A stretch of 64,000 nt of DNA from Rhizaria sp. SCN 62-66 (Eukaryota): positions 1 through 64,000 of the forward strand of contig MEDY01000094.1 in NCBI GenBank assembly GCA_001724265.1. Direction: 5' to 3'. The notes beneath the pieces are model-generated. The model made no database searches. It was not told the DNA's origin and saw nothing but the letters and a program-made list of their open reading frames with translations. Within the stretch, counting starts at the first letter, position 1. Each line of letters starts with the position of its first letter. Shown here piece after piece: positions 1-11,124 of this stretch. Made by a program: the position numbers and the translations under genes.

Positions 1-852
1 GGCGCGCCCGACGCCGCCGCCGCGGCCGCGGGCGCCGCAGGCACTGGCACGTCGCGCGCGGGCCGCGGCCGCAAGCCCTCCGCGCGCGCACAGGCCGCCG
101 CGGGGCTCGACGCCGCCGCGGGGCTCGACGCCGCCGCCGCCGTCTCCGGCGCTGCCGACGGTGCAGGCGTCCCCAGTGCCCCCGCGACGGGTCCCTACGA
201 CGCCGCCGCTGCGATCACGGCCGCGCTAATGAAGACCGGGCAGCTGTCCGCGGCCGCCGCCGCGACGGCCGGGCTCGTCCGGAGGGCGCAGCAGCAGCAA
301 CAACAGCAGGCGCAGGAGCAGTCAGAGCAGCAGCAGCTGACGCAAGCGCAGCAGCAGCAGCAGCAGCTACAGCAGGCTGCGCAGCATGCTGCTGTCGCTG
401 TCGCCGCGGCTCAGGCGCACGCGCAGGCGCAAGCCCAGCAGTACCAGCAGCAGCAACAACAAGCCGCTGCTGCGGCCGCTGCCGCCGCTAACGCCCACAT
501 GCAGCAACAGCAGCAGCAGGCCCAGGCTCAGGCTCAGGCGCAGGCGCACGCTGCTGTGGCCGCCGCTGCCCAGGTGCAGGCCCTGGCCGCGATCCAGCAG
601 CAACAGCAGCAGCAACAGCAACAGCAGCAGCAACAGCAGCAACAGCAGCAGCACATCTCCATGCAGATGCAGCAGCAACAGCAACGGCTGCCTGGCGCGG
701 GCGCGATCCCGTTCCCCGCCCCGATGGCCGTCGTTGGCCCGGCGCCAGGCCAGCCGCAGCAACAGGGCCAGGGGCAGGCGCCGCAGCAGGCGGTGCCTGC
801 GCCCGCGCAGCTGGCGCTGGGAATGACGCTCGGCCAGAGCCACCAGGGCTGA
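1..852 (+). CDS. 3' end of a Gln/Ala-rich low-complexity protein (5'-truncated by the window edge)
   Basis: Frame is open from base 1 to TGA at 850-852. It contains poly-Q/poly-A tracts encoded by CAG/CAA and GCN, and AT-rich non-coding sequence begins right after the stop. Confidence 0.75.
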   Translation, partial: GAPDAAAAAAGAAGTGTSRAGRGRKPSARAQAAAGLDAAAGLDAAAAVSGAADGAGVPSAPATGPYDAAAAITAALMKTGQLSAAAAATAGLVRRAQQQQQQQAQEQSEQQQLTQAQQQQQQLQQAAQHAAVAVAAAQAHAQAQAQQYQQQQQQAAAAAAAAANAHMQQQQQQAQAQAQAQAHAAVAAAAQVQALAAIQQQQQQQQQQQQQQQQQQQHISMQMQQQQQRLPGAGAIPFPAPMAVVGPAPGQPQQQGQGQAPQQAVPAPAQLALGMTLGQSHQG

Positions 853-1391
853 AGCAAACTGAAGCTCACAAGCTCGTAAGGCAAACTACACTTCAAACAT
901 TGGTGCTTTCTGCTTACGTTGCTGGAGCTTTCATATTTTTGACAAGATAACAAGATATAACTGACAAGATAGATGTATAGATTTAGTTGTAGTTCAGTAC
1001 TTACGTGTTTTAAAAATGGCTGATTGTGATTGGTAACTAAGTCAGCTCAGACAGGGTCACTTAAAGTACTTCCTGTTAGTATGTGTGTCGTATTATTAGT
1101 CGGAATTGTAACTCGTGAATAAGATCTATAATATACTGCAAAGTGATAATACTAAGAATACACACCGACTATTCCAACGCACGATGATGTCTTTGCCATG
1201 GCACGCAATGTTTCCGGTTCGTGACCAAGGTTAACGGCGACCAAGCTACCACTCAAAAGTGAGCTTCGAAACTTGAACGCAGCACTCTCAAACGGTATGT
1301 ACAATCGTCACAATTGAACACCACGGGCTTAACAAGTTTACTAACATGTATTCTTTTTATCACTCTTATTATATTTCAAAAGAGAGCTTTT

Positions 1392-3629
1392 ATGTCTTAC
1401 AATAGCGAATCGTCAAACTCAACGGCCGACCCCACAAACTTCAGCCCCTTTGGTCCCCCCTTGACCGAGGCCCGTCTGCCTTCCTGGGCCACTGAGCTTG
1501 CCCGCGAGGCAGAGTCGTCATCCGCATAGTCGCCATCTCTTAACGACCCGCCAAAGTTTCAGCCCGTGTCTCTCATGGGTCCCATCCCGGCCTCTTACCG
1601 CCCGCCTCGCACGATCCTGCCTTCCTCCAGCTCCTCCTCCGTCTCCGCGAGTGCAAGCAGTAACAGCGTACCACACGCGTTTGCTGCGACGTCTACGGGC
1701 TATGACGCGACCCCAACTGTGGCCCCGGCAGCGCAACACGCTGTTGCAGCGCGCCGGACGACTCCTGTCGACTCGAAGCCATTCAACTCCGCATCCTCCT
1801 CTGCGTCTGCGGCCGCGGCCGCTGCGGCTGCTGCCCAGAGGCGCGATCTCTTCTCCTGGAACTCTGTGTCGACGCGTCCGCCACTATTTACCAACCCTAA
1901 GGCGTTTTTGCACCCCCACGCCTACTCGGACACCGCTGTCGGCGCGCGACGCGGCGCCGCAGCGAGCTCTCTTACCCGGCCCGCCGCTCCCACCAACACA
2001 AACCGTGACGGCAGCAGCAGCGGCAGTGGCAGTGGCAGTAGTGCTAACGCTGGAGCGAGGCAAAGGCAGTCGGTGTTGCCTGCATCCCGCGCCCGCAACA
2101 AGACACACACTCCCGTTCACACTGCTCCTGCTGCTCCTGCTGCTGCAGCACCTGTGACTACAATTGCAAAGTCAGCGGCTGCGACTCCGAGCAAAGCCCA
2201 CAGCGGCCACGCCGGCGCGAGCGCGAGTGCGATGACATACGGCGGCGGTGGCGGCGGCGCTGGCGACGACGACGATGACGAGGACGACGCGGAACTCGCC
2301 ATGCACCACATGTTTCACTCAGGCGGCGCCGTCCCCCAGAGCGGCGCCATCCTCTCGAGCCAGCCCGCGCACAGCGGCGGTCCTCACGGCGCCGCTGGCT
2401 CTGGGGCAGCGGACCTCGACGACGACCCCGACGTGGGCATCGCGGCGCTCACAGCCGCCGCCGCCGCCGCCGCCGCCGCCTGCACGGTCACGGCTGGCGT
2501 TGCGCTCAAGACGCTGGGCGGCGGCACTGCCACACTCATCCACAAAACCACGCCCTGCGGCAACAACGCCGCCGCCGTGCACGCGGCCGCGGACGCGCTC
2601 GGCGACGCGAGAGCGAGCCCTGCTGTGAACGCTGCGGGGACCGGTGCGACTGCCGCGGCCGGGGCGGGGGCTTATGGTGTGAGTGGTGATGCCGCGAACC
2701 GGCTGCCGTACCGGTTCTCCGCGCCGGAGCTGGTCGATGAGCGTCCGCTGTACTTGCCCTCGGAGCTCGACGGCGGGTTCGTCGACCGCCGCAACGCGCG
2801 CGCACAGCAGCAACAGAGCAGCCACAGCAACCGCAACAGCGGCGCGAACCAGTTCGACTACAACGCGTACAGCAACGCCGGCAGCAACAGCAACAGCACC
2901 ATTGGCGTTCGTGGCAGCGGTATTTCGAGTATCTTCGGCTGGAACGGTCTGACGAGCAGTGCAAATGACCGGGACAGCTTGGCCGCCAGTGGCGCTCAGA
3001 CGAGCGGCGTCGCGGTCGCTGGCCGCCGCGCCGGCTCTGCGAAGTCCGCAAGCGCTACATCAAACGCAGCCCCCGATTTTAGTCAAAGTCAAAGCCAGAG
3101 CCAGGGCCAGGGCCAGGGCAATGCGCGGCAGTCCGCAGCCGCCGCAGCCGCAGCCGCCGCGGCGGAGGCTGCGCGCGCGGAGGCCGCGAAGGCCGAGGCT
3201 GAGGACGCGGGCACGCTGGCGCTGATCGCGGCGGCCGAGCGCGCGGCTGCCGCGTCCCGGGGCTTGCTGGCTCAGCGGCTGCAGGCGCTCGAGGCCAAGC
3301 ACCACGTCGCGCTCGTCCCGACCGCCGCGGGCAGGGGCGGGGCGGGCACTGCTGCTGCGGCGACGGCGGCGGCGGAAACTGTAGGGCCGGAGACGAGCAG
3401 TGAGGAGCCGGAACAGAAGAAGGCTGCGTACGGCAGGCGCAGCGGCCCTGGCACTGGCGGAAGCACTGGCGTGGGCGCGGGCACGCATGCTGGCGTCTCT
3501 CGGAGGGCCGCTGCGGCAAGTTTCAAGGCTGGACATGGAGACAGTGACGACGGTGATGATGATAAGGAGCCTGAGCTTGCGTTCCTGCGCAACAAGGGCC
3601 TCGTCACCAAGAGTCCAGTTCGGCGCTAA
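1392..3629 (+). CDS. Hypothetical Ala/Ser/Gly-rich protein (~745 aa if the in-frame TAG at 1527-1529 is read as sense)
   Basis: ATG 1392 (MSYNSES...) sits at the AT-to-GC transition. The ORFs 1314-1529 and 1566-3629 are in the same frame, separated only by TAG 1527-1529. Ends TAA. A probable 5'UTR intron donor GTATGT lies at 1295. An alternative start at ATG 1575 cannot be excluded. Confidence 0.6.
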
Positions 3630-3823
3630 TTCCGAGGACGATTTGACTCAGATATAGATATTTAACTAACACGTTACATTAGACAGATTTCATAAATAAA
3701 GACATCATTTTGCGATTTATAATAATCGTATTCGGATATGGCTTTAGGTAATTGACATCGTAACTAAGCTATGTAACAGTTGTATTCCTGCGTTGTCTCG
3801 CAACGCACCGATATGTAACAAAT

Positions 3824-4880
3824 TCAATACCCATCCCAGAGGTCCCCACCGACGCCGCTACCCCGCGCGTACTCACCGAGGCTATTCCCATCACGATCCA
3901 CGCCGTAGTAATCGCTATTGTAACTCTCGACCAAATGCGAGATGTCGTGCTCGTTCACGTGCACCTCGAGCCCCGTGTCCTTGATGACGTACTCGCACGC
4001 CACCTTGGCGAACTCGGACGACTTGGTCAGCGTTGCACGACGCACAACACTCGCAGCCCCCGCCGCGCCGTCGCCGTAGTCGTCGCGCGCGCCGGAGGTC
4101 TGCGGCCCGCTGAGGGCGATCTGCGTGGTCACGGCGTGCGTCCAGCCGACGCCGTACACGACCTCGGCCTCAGCCTCTGCCTGGGCCTCCGCCTCCGCTG
4201 CGGTCAGTCCGCCGGTCTCAGCCTCGTCCTTGGCCTCCGAGGCAGCATGTGCGGCGGCGGCGCCATTAGCGCGGACGTTGCCCACGCTTGCACTCGTAGC
4301 GCGCCAGGCGCTCCTGCCGCCGCGCCCGCCAGCCTTAGCGTATGACGAAGCTGGGGACAAAGACGCGGACGACGGCGCTGAGTTGGTGACGACGGCAGTG
4401 GCGTTGTACTCAACGGCGAGGGTCTTCAGCACAGTTGCCAGGAGCTGCAGCAGCCGCTGCCGCTGCAAGCCGAGGTCGGCAGACGACATCGCTGCTGTGT
4501 GTTGTTGTTGCTGTTGCTGATGCTGTTGACTCGCTTTGCTGGCGTAGATGCTGCCGGGGATGTACGCACCCTCAGCCGTGTACGCCGCACTGCGTGGCGC
4601 CGGGGGAGCGCCAGCAGCAGTGTAAGCAGCACCGCCTCGTCCCCCTGCTAAGGCTGACGCTGCCGTGCTGGCGTTGGGGCCGCTGAGCAAGTTCGCGAGC
4701 CCGTCGACGAGGACCACGGTGGCGTCTGCCTCGGCAACCGTGTCTACCAGCTCCTCGGTCAAAAGGGCGGTGAGTGCGGCGACCGTCGGCGCGGGCAAGC
4801 AGTGGATGCGCGCGAAGGTGCGGCTCAGGATGTAGTCGAGGCTCGACTTGTCGACAAGGTTGTCGTCATCGTTGTCATCG

Positions 4881-4957
<77 letters not shown>

Positions 4958-5698
4958 GTCCTCGTTGTCGTCCTTGTAGGGGCCAGCGCCACGGGCATCA
5001 CGCTGCTGCTGCTGTTCACAGCCTTGCTCACCGTCGCTCATCTTGCGTTGCTCCTGAGCATCGCGCCGTTGCTCACGGTCACTCGCGTGTCGCTGCTCAC
5101 GGTCAGCGCGTCTCTGCTCACGGTCGCTCTCGTGTCTCGCGACGAGCTCCCCGACCATCGCCGTCGCCAGTACCGTGCTGAACCCACTGCCCACGCCCAG
5201 GTCCACGTACATCACAGACGCGCCCAGCCCGCCGCAACGCCGTGGCAGCGCGGCCCGAACGGCGAGCGAATGTAGCGCGCGCGTCTTGCCGCTGCCGCGC
5301 GGCCCGAGCAGCTCGTAGAGCCCCGGCGTGAGGGCGAGCGCGCGCGGGAGACACAGGCGCGCCAGGGCCAGCGGGCGCAGCGCGGCGGGCGGGGAGAAGA
5401 GCGGGAGCGCGCGTGGGGGCCTAGGGGGCCGTGGGACGGCGAGCTGGGAAGATAGGGACACGGGCGCGGGCGCGGCGGGGTACAGAGAGATCGCGGGGCG
5501 GAGTGACGGACAGAGCGTTAGTGCGGCCTGCGAAACGAGCTCGGATACATCGTCGAAAGAGATGTCAAGGAGCTCAACAAGCTCAATCTAAGATGCAAAG
5601 AGGAGCTGGCTTGCGTCTGTGATACGAGCATATCGGAGCTTGGCTTTGAGGGTTGGAGAGGTCTTGAGACGCTCGACGGGCAGCGTAATCGAGGTCAT
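3824..5698 (-). CDS. RAD51B: RAD51 paralogue, RAD51B-like (624 aa with the in-frame TAG at 5590-5588 read through)
   Basis: Walker A GPRGSGKT, Walker B VVLVDG, LAVEYNATAVVTN, and a C-terminal GVGWTHAVTTQIAL...RRATLTKS...YVIKDTGL typical of RAD51B. The upstream in-frame segment from ATG 5698 (MTSITLPVERLKTSPTLKAKLRYARITDASQLLFAS*IELVELLDISFDDVSELV) resembles the RAD51B N-terminal helical domain. Ends TGA. Confidence 0.75.
4881..4955. repeat. (TCA)25 trinucleotide microsatellite encoding poly-Asp in the RAD51B-like gene
   Basis: Perfect TCA run read directly; it is GAT codons on the minus strand. Confidence 0.95.
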
Positions 5699-6325
5699 CC
5701 GCGGGGATGAGGGTTGCGCAGACAGATCCTGTGGGACTTGGAAGCTGAAATAAGAAGATAATTTGGAATAATCCGTGAAAGTGCGTCTTTCAAGTTATAC
5801 GAATCTCAGAAGCTCGTTTTGAGGTCCCATGACATCAGGATGGGCTCCGTTGCTGCGCGTCTGACTGGGCGCCAAAACGCTGGCCATCCAAATCCGCAGC
5901 TGAGTACAGTGATAGAACATAGTAACCCATACATTTAAGTTGAACTGTACTACTTTCAAATTATCAGCAACTTGAATTAAACGCCATCGTGCTATTATTG
6001 ATTGAGACCCAAATGCTATCGAGATATGCGCGAAATACACTTCGCCACCACATGTTGGTTTACAGTGACTTGCTCACAGTCTGTGGCGGCGAGCAGGGAC
6101 TGGAATCGAGCGAGCCCGCGACCCGAGTCGGGGCTGCGGGGGAGATGAGTTGGAGCACACTCGGGCCGTGTGGGAGACTGAGTATTGCGTTGCGTGTTTA
6201 CAATTGAGATGTGTATTCTAAGTAATTTGATTTTGGGCGAGACATGTGCTTGTTATACCTGTGTGACTGCGTGATGTGACGGCCGCCTCACCCGCTAACT
6301 CGCCCTGCGCTTTTTTTCTTTGTAG

Positions 6326-6729
6326 ATGTCTGACGACAAAGTTGAGACTATTGGTATCAAGGTCCGCTCTGCCCGCGGCGAGGAGGTACGTTAAGCTAAA
6401 CATTCATTGATGTCGCTTTCTATATTGTTGCTGTTTCCTTGTTCTACACCCGTCCGCTCCCCGAACTCACTCTCATGTTCCCGCCCTGCCTCTTTTCCCT
6501 CTCGCCCCGCTTCTCATTGTCTTCCCAGGTTCACTTCAAGGTGAAGCCCCAGACCAAGATGGACAAGGTCCTCAAGGCGTTCTGCGAGAAGGTCGACGTC
6601 GACGTGTCTTCTGTCCGTCTCACCTTCGACGGCCGCCGCGTTGAGGCCACCTCGACTCCCGCCGACCTCGGCCTCGAGAACGGCGACGTCATTGACATCG
6701 TCGAGCAGCAGGTCGGTGGCGCCTTCTAA
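6326..6729 (+). CDS. SUMO: SUMO (small ubiquitin-like modifier); exons 6326-6385 and 6529-6729
   Basis: Spliced product MSDDKVETIGIKVRSARGEE|VHFKVKPQTKMDKVLKAFCEK...RLTFDGRRV...TPADLGLENGDVIDIVEQQVGG-AF with the di-Gly motif. Phase-0 intron GTACGT...CCCAG at 6386-6528. Ends TAA. Confidence 0.93.
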
Positions 6730-7391
6730 GCGCCTCCCCGCTGACACACATGTTGTTTTGTTGGTTGGGTGAGCGCGGGAGCCGCCGAAGAGCGGAGGCC
6801 GCGCTGTGAAATGACGCCGGACGCCGCGGTGACCAGCTGCGGTGGACGGCCGAGTATGTCTTGTCGTTCCTTTGGCATCTATTTAGGGCTTATACAAAAA
6901 GCTTCTGTGATAATAAACACATCTATTGCAAACAGTAACACTTTTCTTATCTGTGAGATGTCACTTTTACGTTGAAACGAGATGTTTCAGCTTGATTTTT
7001 GACTTCATTTACCTGCGGACGATTGACAAGCCGTCGCGGTCACGCTGCCCGCGCTGGATTGCGCGCAACGGCGCGTTTCAAAAGAAGTGGCTCCTGCCAT
7101 ACCCTGGCCGTCATGAAAACATATATAGAAGCACATGTTAGAAAAATATTTTTTCTTTCTTTCCTGTTTTTTATATAGAATCTTTGTTGATCTACAGGTC
7201 TCTAGAGCTGCGCTTTTATCTATTGAAGCTCCTCTACAAATGCCTCCTCGCTCTTCACATTCTCTCGACTCTCTCTCACCACCGCCACTATTTTTCATCC
7301 TATCACGGTGTTCTCGTTATTTTTCATACGATTTTATTTTCTCAAAGTCTGACAGCACTTCACTCAGGCTTAGTTTTGATCACTAGAGATC

Positions 7392-10300
7392 ATGTTTCGC
7401 AGTTTGCGCCACCTCAAGCGTGGCTCTGGGCTCTTCTCGCCTTCGTCAGCTCTCTCAGCGCTTCCTACCTCGCTATCTGTCCCAGCGGCGCCCGCACGCC
7501 CCCTCGGACCGGAGCTCCCGCCTTGTCACGCCGCACCGCTCAGCACTGCCGCCGCCGCCCGCGCACTCGCGGCGAGCAGCTCCTCCGCGCCCGCCGTCTC
7601 CACAGCGCAGCACTTGCTCTTCGCCGCCAGCCGCCCCGTTCATTCGTACAATGGCGGCAATAGCGGCGGCCGCAGCTACGGCAGTTCGGGATCCTCGTAC
7701 TCGCACTCCCCGCCGTCGTCGGGCTACTCCAACCAATCCCCCGCCTCGAGATATGCCAGTCACAACAACAACAGCAACAGCAACGGCGCGAGCACGTTCG
7801 TCTCGAGCCACGTCACGATGGAGCGCGCCGACATCCTCAGCTACCTGGCGCGGCGCAACATCGTCTACAAAGACTATCCCGACAAGGTCGGCGTGATGGA
7901 CTGCCCGTTCTGCAAGCCGACGTACAACCGCCCAGACAACCAGTGGAAGCTGGCCATCTTTCCCAGCGGCGGCTTTAACTGCGTGCGCTGCGGCTCCTCG
8001 GGCAGTTGGTACGACTTCAAGCAGCGCCTCGGCGACCTCCCGGCAATCACCGACGCCCTGGACAACCCCGTCCCCGTGCACCCTCAGTCTTCCTACAACA
8101 GCGCCAGTAGCGGCAGCAAGTACGGCTCTAACGGCCCCCCCGCCTCTGGCGCGCGCCATGCGGGCGTAGCCGTGGGCACGGCCCCCGCGGCCGGCGGCGG
8201 CTACGGCCATAACGGCTACGCCGCGGCGTCGGCCCCGCTGTCTCAGAGTGAGGCCGCCTCGTGGGCCGCCTCGCTCGACGCGTTCCCGGACGTGTTGGCG
8301 TATCTGACCGGCGCCGGGCCGGGCCAGCGCGGGCTCGCGCGCGCGGTGCTCGACCTCTACAACGTCGGCGCCAAGCTGCACCAGTTTCCCGCGCCCTACA
8401 ACGCCAACTCGACCGGGAGCGGCGGCGGCAGCGGCGCGGTGCAGGGCACGGCGGCGGGTAACGCGGCGTCGCTGTCCAAGCTCGCCGCCGCGCCCGCCGC
8501 TCACGGCAACACCAGAGGGACCGCTGCTGTCGCGACTGTGAGCAGCGCTCAGGCCGGGAAGCCTGGCCAGGTGACGTGGATTGACCACCCCTGCGTCACG
8601 TTCCCCTGGGCGCGTGCACCGCTCGGCTCGCTGCGCTCCGCTCCTGCTGCCACTGCGGCAACAGCTGCGAACGATACTGGCGGCAGGATCATGATGTCGC
8701 CGCCGCCGAAGTCTGCGACCGCAACTGCTCCAGCCGCTTCAGTGACTGCGACTCTAGGCAAGACCTCTGCTGCGCATGCGAAGAACGCGTTCCAGTGCGT
8801 GCCGCTGCCGCCGTGCCCACGGAACCTCGAGTACGACCGCGTAAAGCTGCGGTCCATCGTTGACAAGTCGTCGATGCGTATCCTGCCCAAGGGCGGCGAC
8901 TGGGGCTTTTTCGGCTGGCACACGATCCCCGAGTCGGCGACCGAGATCATCATCACCGAGGGCGAATACGACGCCATGGCCGTGTGCCAGGCCACGGGCC
9001 GCCCTGCCATCTCGCTGCCCAATGGCTGCCGCTCTTTCCCCGTGCAGCTGCTGCCGTGCCTCGAGCGCTTCACCAAGATCACGCTGTGGCTAGACGACGA
9101 CGGGCCCGGTCGCGACGGCGCCGAGTCGATCGCCAAGAAGCTCGGCATGAGCCGCTGCCGCATTGTCGGCGCGCTGCCGTGGGACGCCGCGGGTGCTGCG
9201 GACGAGGCCAGCTACACGCCGCCCAAGGACGCCAACGACGCGCTGCGCATGCGGCTTAATTTGGAGAGCTTCGTCACGAACGCGCAGCCGTGCTCGCACA
9301 AGGAGATCGCGTCGTTCCCGTCATTCCGGCAGGACGTGCGGCGCATGTTCACGAACCCGAACGAACACGTGGGCGTGCCGCTGCCCAACATGCCGCACCT
9401 GCAGTCGCTCGTCAAGGGCCACCGCCGCGGCGAGCTGAGCATCTTCACCGGCCCCACGGGCGTGGGCAAGACGACCATTCTGGCTCAGCTCTCGCTCGAG
9501 GTGTGCCAGCAGAATGTCCCGACACTGTGGGGCAGCTTCGAGATCCGCAACCCGCGCCTGGTGCGCACGCTCATGATGCAGTACGCAGCGCACTTGGGCG
9601 TCGTGCTCAACACGGAACACGTCGAGAACTTCGACTACGTCGCCGACCGGTTTCAGGAGCTGCCGATGCACTTCCTCAAATTCTACGGCTCTTCGCCCGT
9701 GCAGGAGGTGCTTGACGCGATGGACTACGCCGTGTATGTGCACGACGTGCAGCACATCATCCTTGATAACCTGCAGTTCATGCTCTCTGGCCAGGGCAAG
9801 TCCGGCATGGACAAGTTCGACATCCAGGTACGCTTAACAATCGATATGACGACTTCACACTATCACTTTGAGGAACGAGTTTACCAGAGTATAGTATCTT
9901 ATCTCATTGCTTTATGTATTGTTTCTTTCATTCTGTGACTCTTTCGTTTAGGACAAAGCTCTGGAGTCGTTCCGCCAGTTCGCGTCTCAGCGTAATGTGC
10001 ACGTGTCCCTGGTCATCCACCCGCGCAAGGAGGCCGACAACTCGTCCCTGGGCATGTCCTCTGTCTTCGGCTCGGCCAAGGCAACGCAGGAGGCTGACAA
10101 CGTGTTCATCATTCAGTCGGGGCTGCCGCGCTCGCTCACCAAGCCGCTGGGCTTCGAGGGCAAGGGCAAGGGCGGCGGCGGCGGCAACGGGCGGCCCGAC
10201 CTTGCGCAGCACGGCGGGTACGACGACCCGCTCGTCGGCGAGGTGCTGGCGACCTTCTTCCGCACGCTCGAGCTGCGCAAGAACCGCTGGGACGGCGACC

Positions 10301-10755
10301 TGGGCGCGGTGCCGATGCGCTTTGACCGCGCGTCAAACCGGCTGTTCGAGCTGACGTCGGAGGACGTGCAAACTGGACTCGCGCCCTTTGTGGAGAAGCA
10401 CCGCAAGCTGAAGCAGATGGACCTCATCAAGCACATGCACCAGAACGCCAACGCGGGCGGCGCGGGCGCCGGGCCCAACAACCACAACGTGGTGCAGGGC
10501 TTCAACAACAACTCACCTGCTCACGGTCACCATCAACAGCAACAGCAGCCGCAATATGGACAGGAGATCCCCCTCGGCGGCTCCCCCGCTTCGGTGCCCG
10601 GCCAGCCCCCCGCGATGGGGGCGGCGGCCTTTGGCAGCGTCGTCGCGCCCGCTGCTTCCGCGCACGCCCCTGTCGGGCCGCCGAATAACGGCGGCAGGGT
10701 GCCAGTGGCCGCGCCCAAGCTGTACAACCCCACGATGGAGATTATCCTTGACTAA
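7392..10755 (+). CDS. TWNK: Mitochondrial Twinkle primase-helicase; exons 7392-9827 and 9952-10755
   Basis: Presequence-like N-terminus (MFRSLRHLKR), Zn finger CPFC...CVRC, TOPRIM EGEYD/LDDD/KDAND, and SF4 helicase motifs GPTGVGKT, HIILDNLQF, VIHPRK, GSAKATQEADN, KNR. Intron GTACGC...TTTAG at 9828-9951 is in phase. Ends TAA. Confidence 0.93.
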
Positions 10756-11124
10756 ATTATCTAACAGTGAACCTTAAAAGTCATTAAATTGTCATATTTA
10801 TTTATGTGTGCTATAAACACAGCTAAACTGTTTTCGCCGAGTTTCAGTTTTCCTCCCAATACAACATCTTTACATAACAAGCAAGCGAGGCTATTGATTG
10901 AAAAGAGGAATGAAGAGGAATGAAGATGAAGATCGAGTATGAATATAATGTGTATGTATTGAAATGTTCTCAACATTTCTCAATAATCACCTTCCAACAG
11001 AAACAAACAAACAAAACAACACCACAATACAGAAGCTGCTATTGTCCGCCTTTCGCTTGTTATCACTACTCCAACATATCACCACGGCGTCGGTGACCCC
11101 CGTCCCCTATTAAGGCTGATTGCT

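Noticed and set aside
94-137. 18-bp tandem duplication (GCCGCCGCGGGGCTCGAC)
   Set aside because: In-frame coding micro-duplication within a low-complexity protein; not CRISPR or a mobile element.
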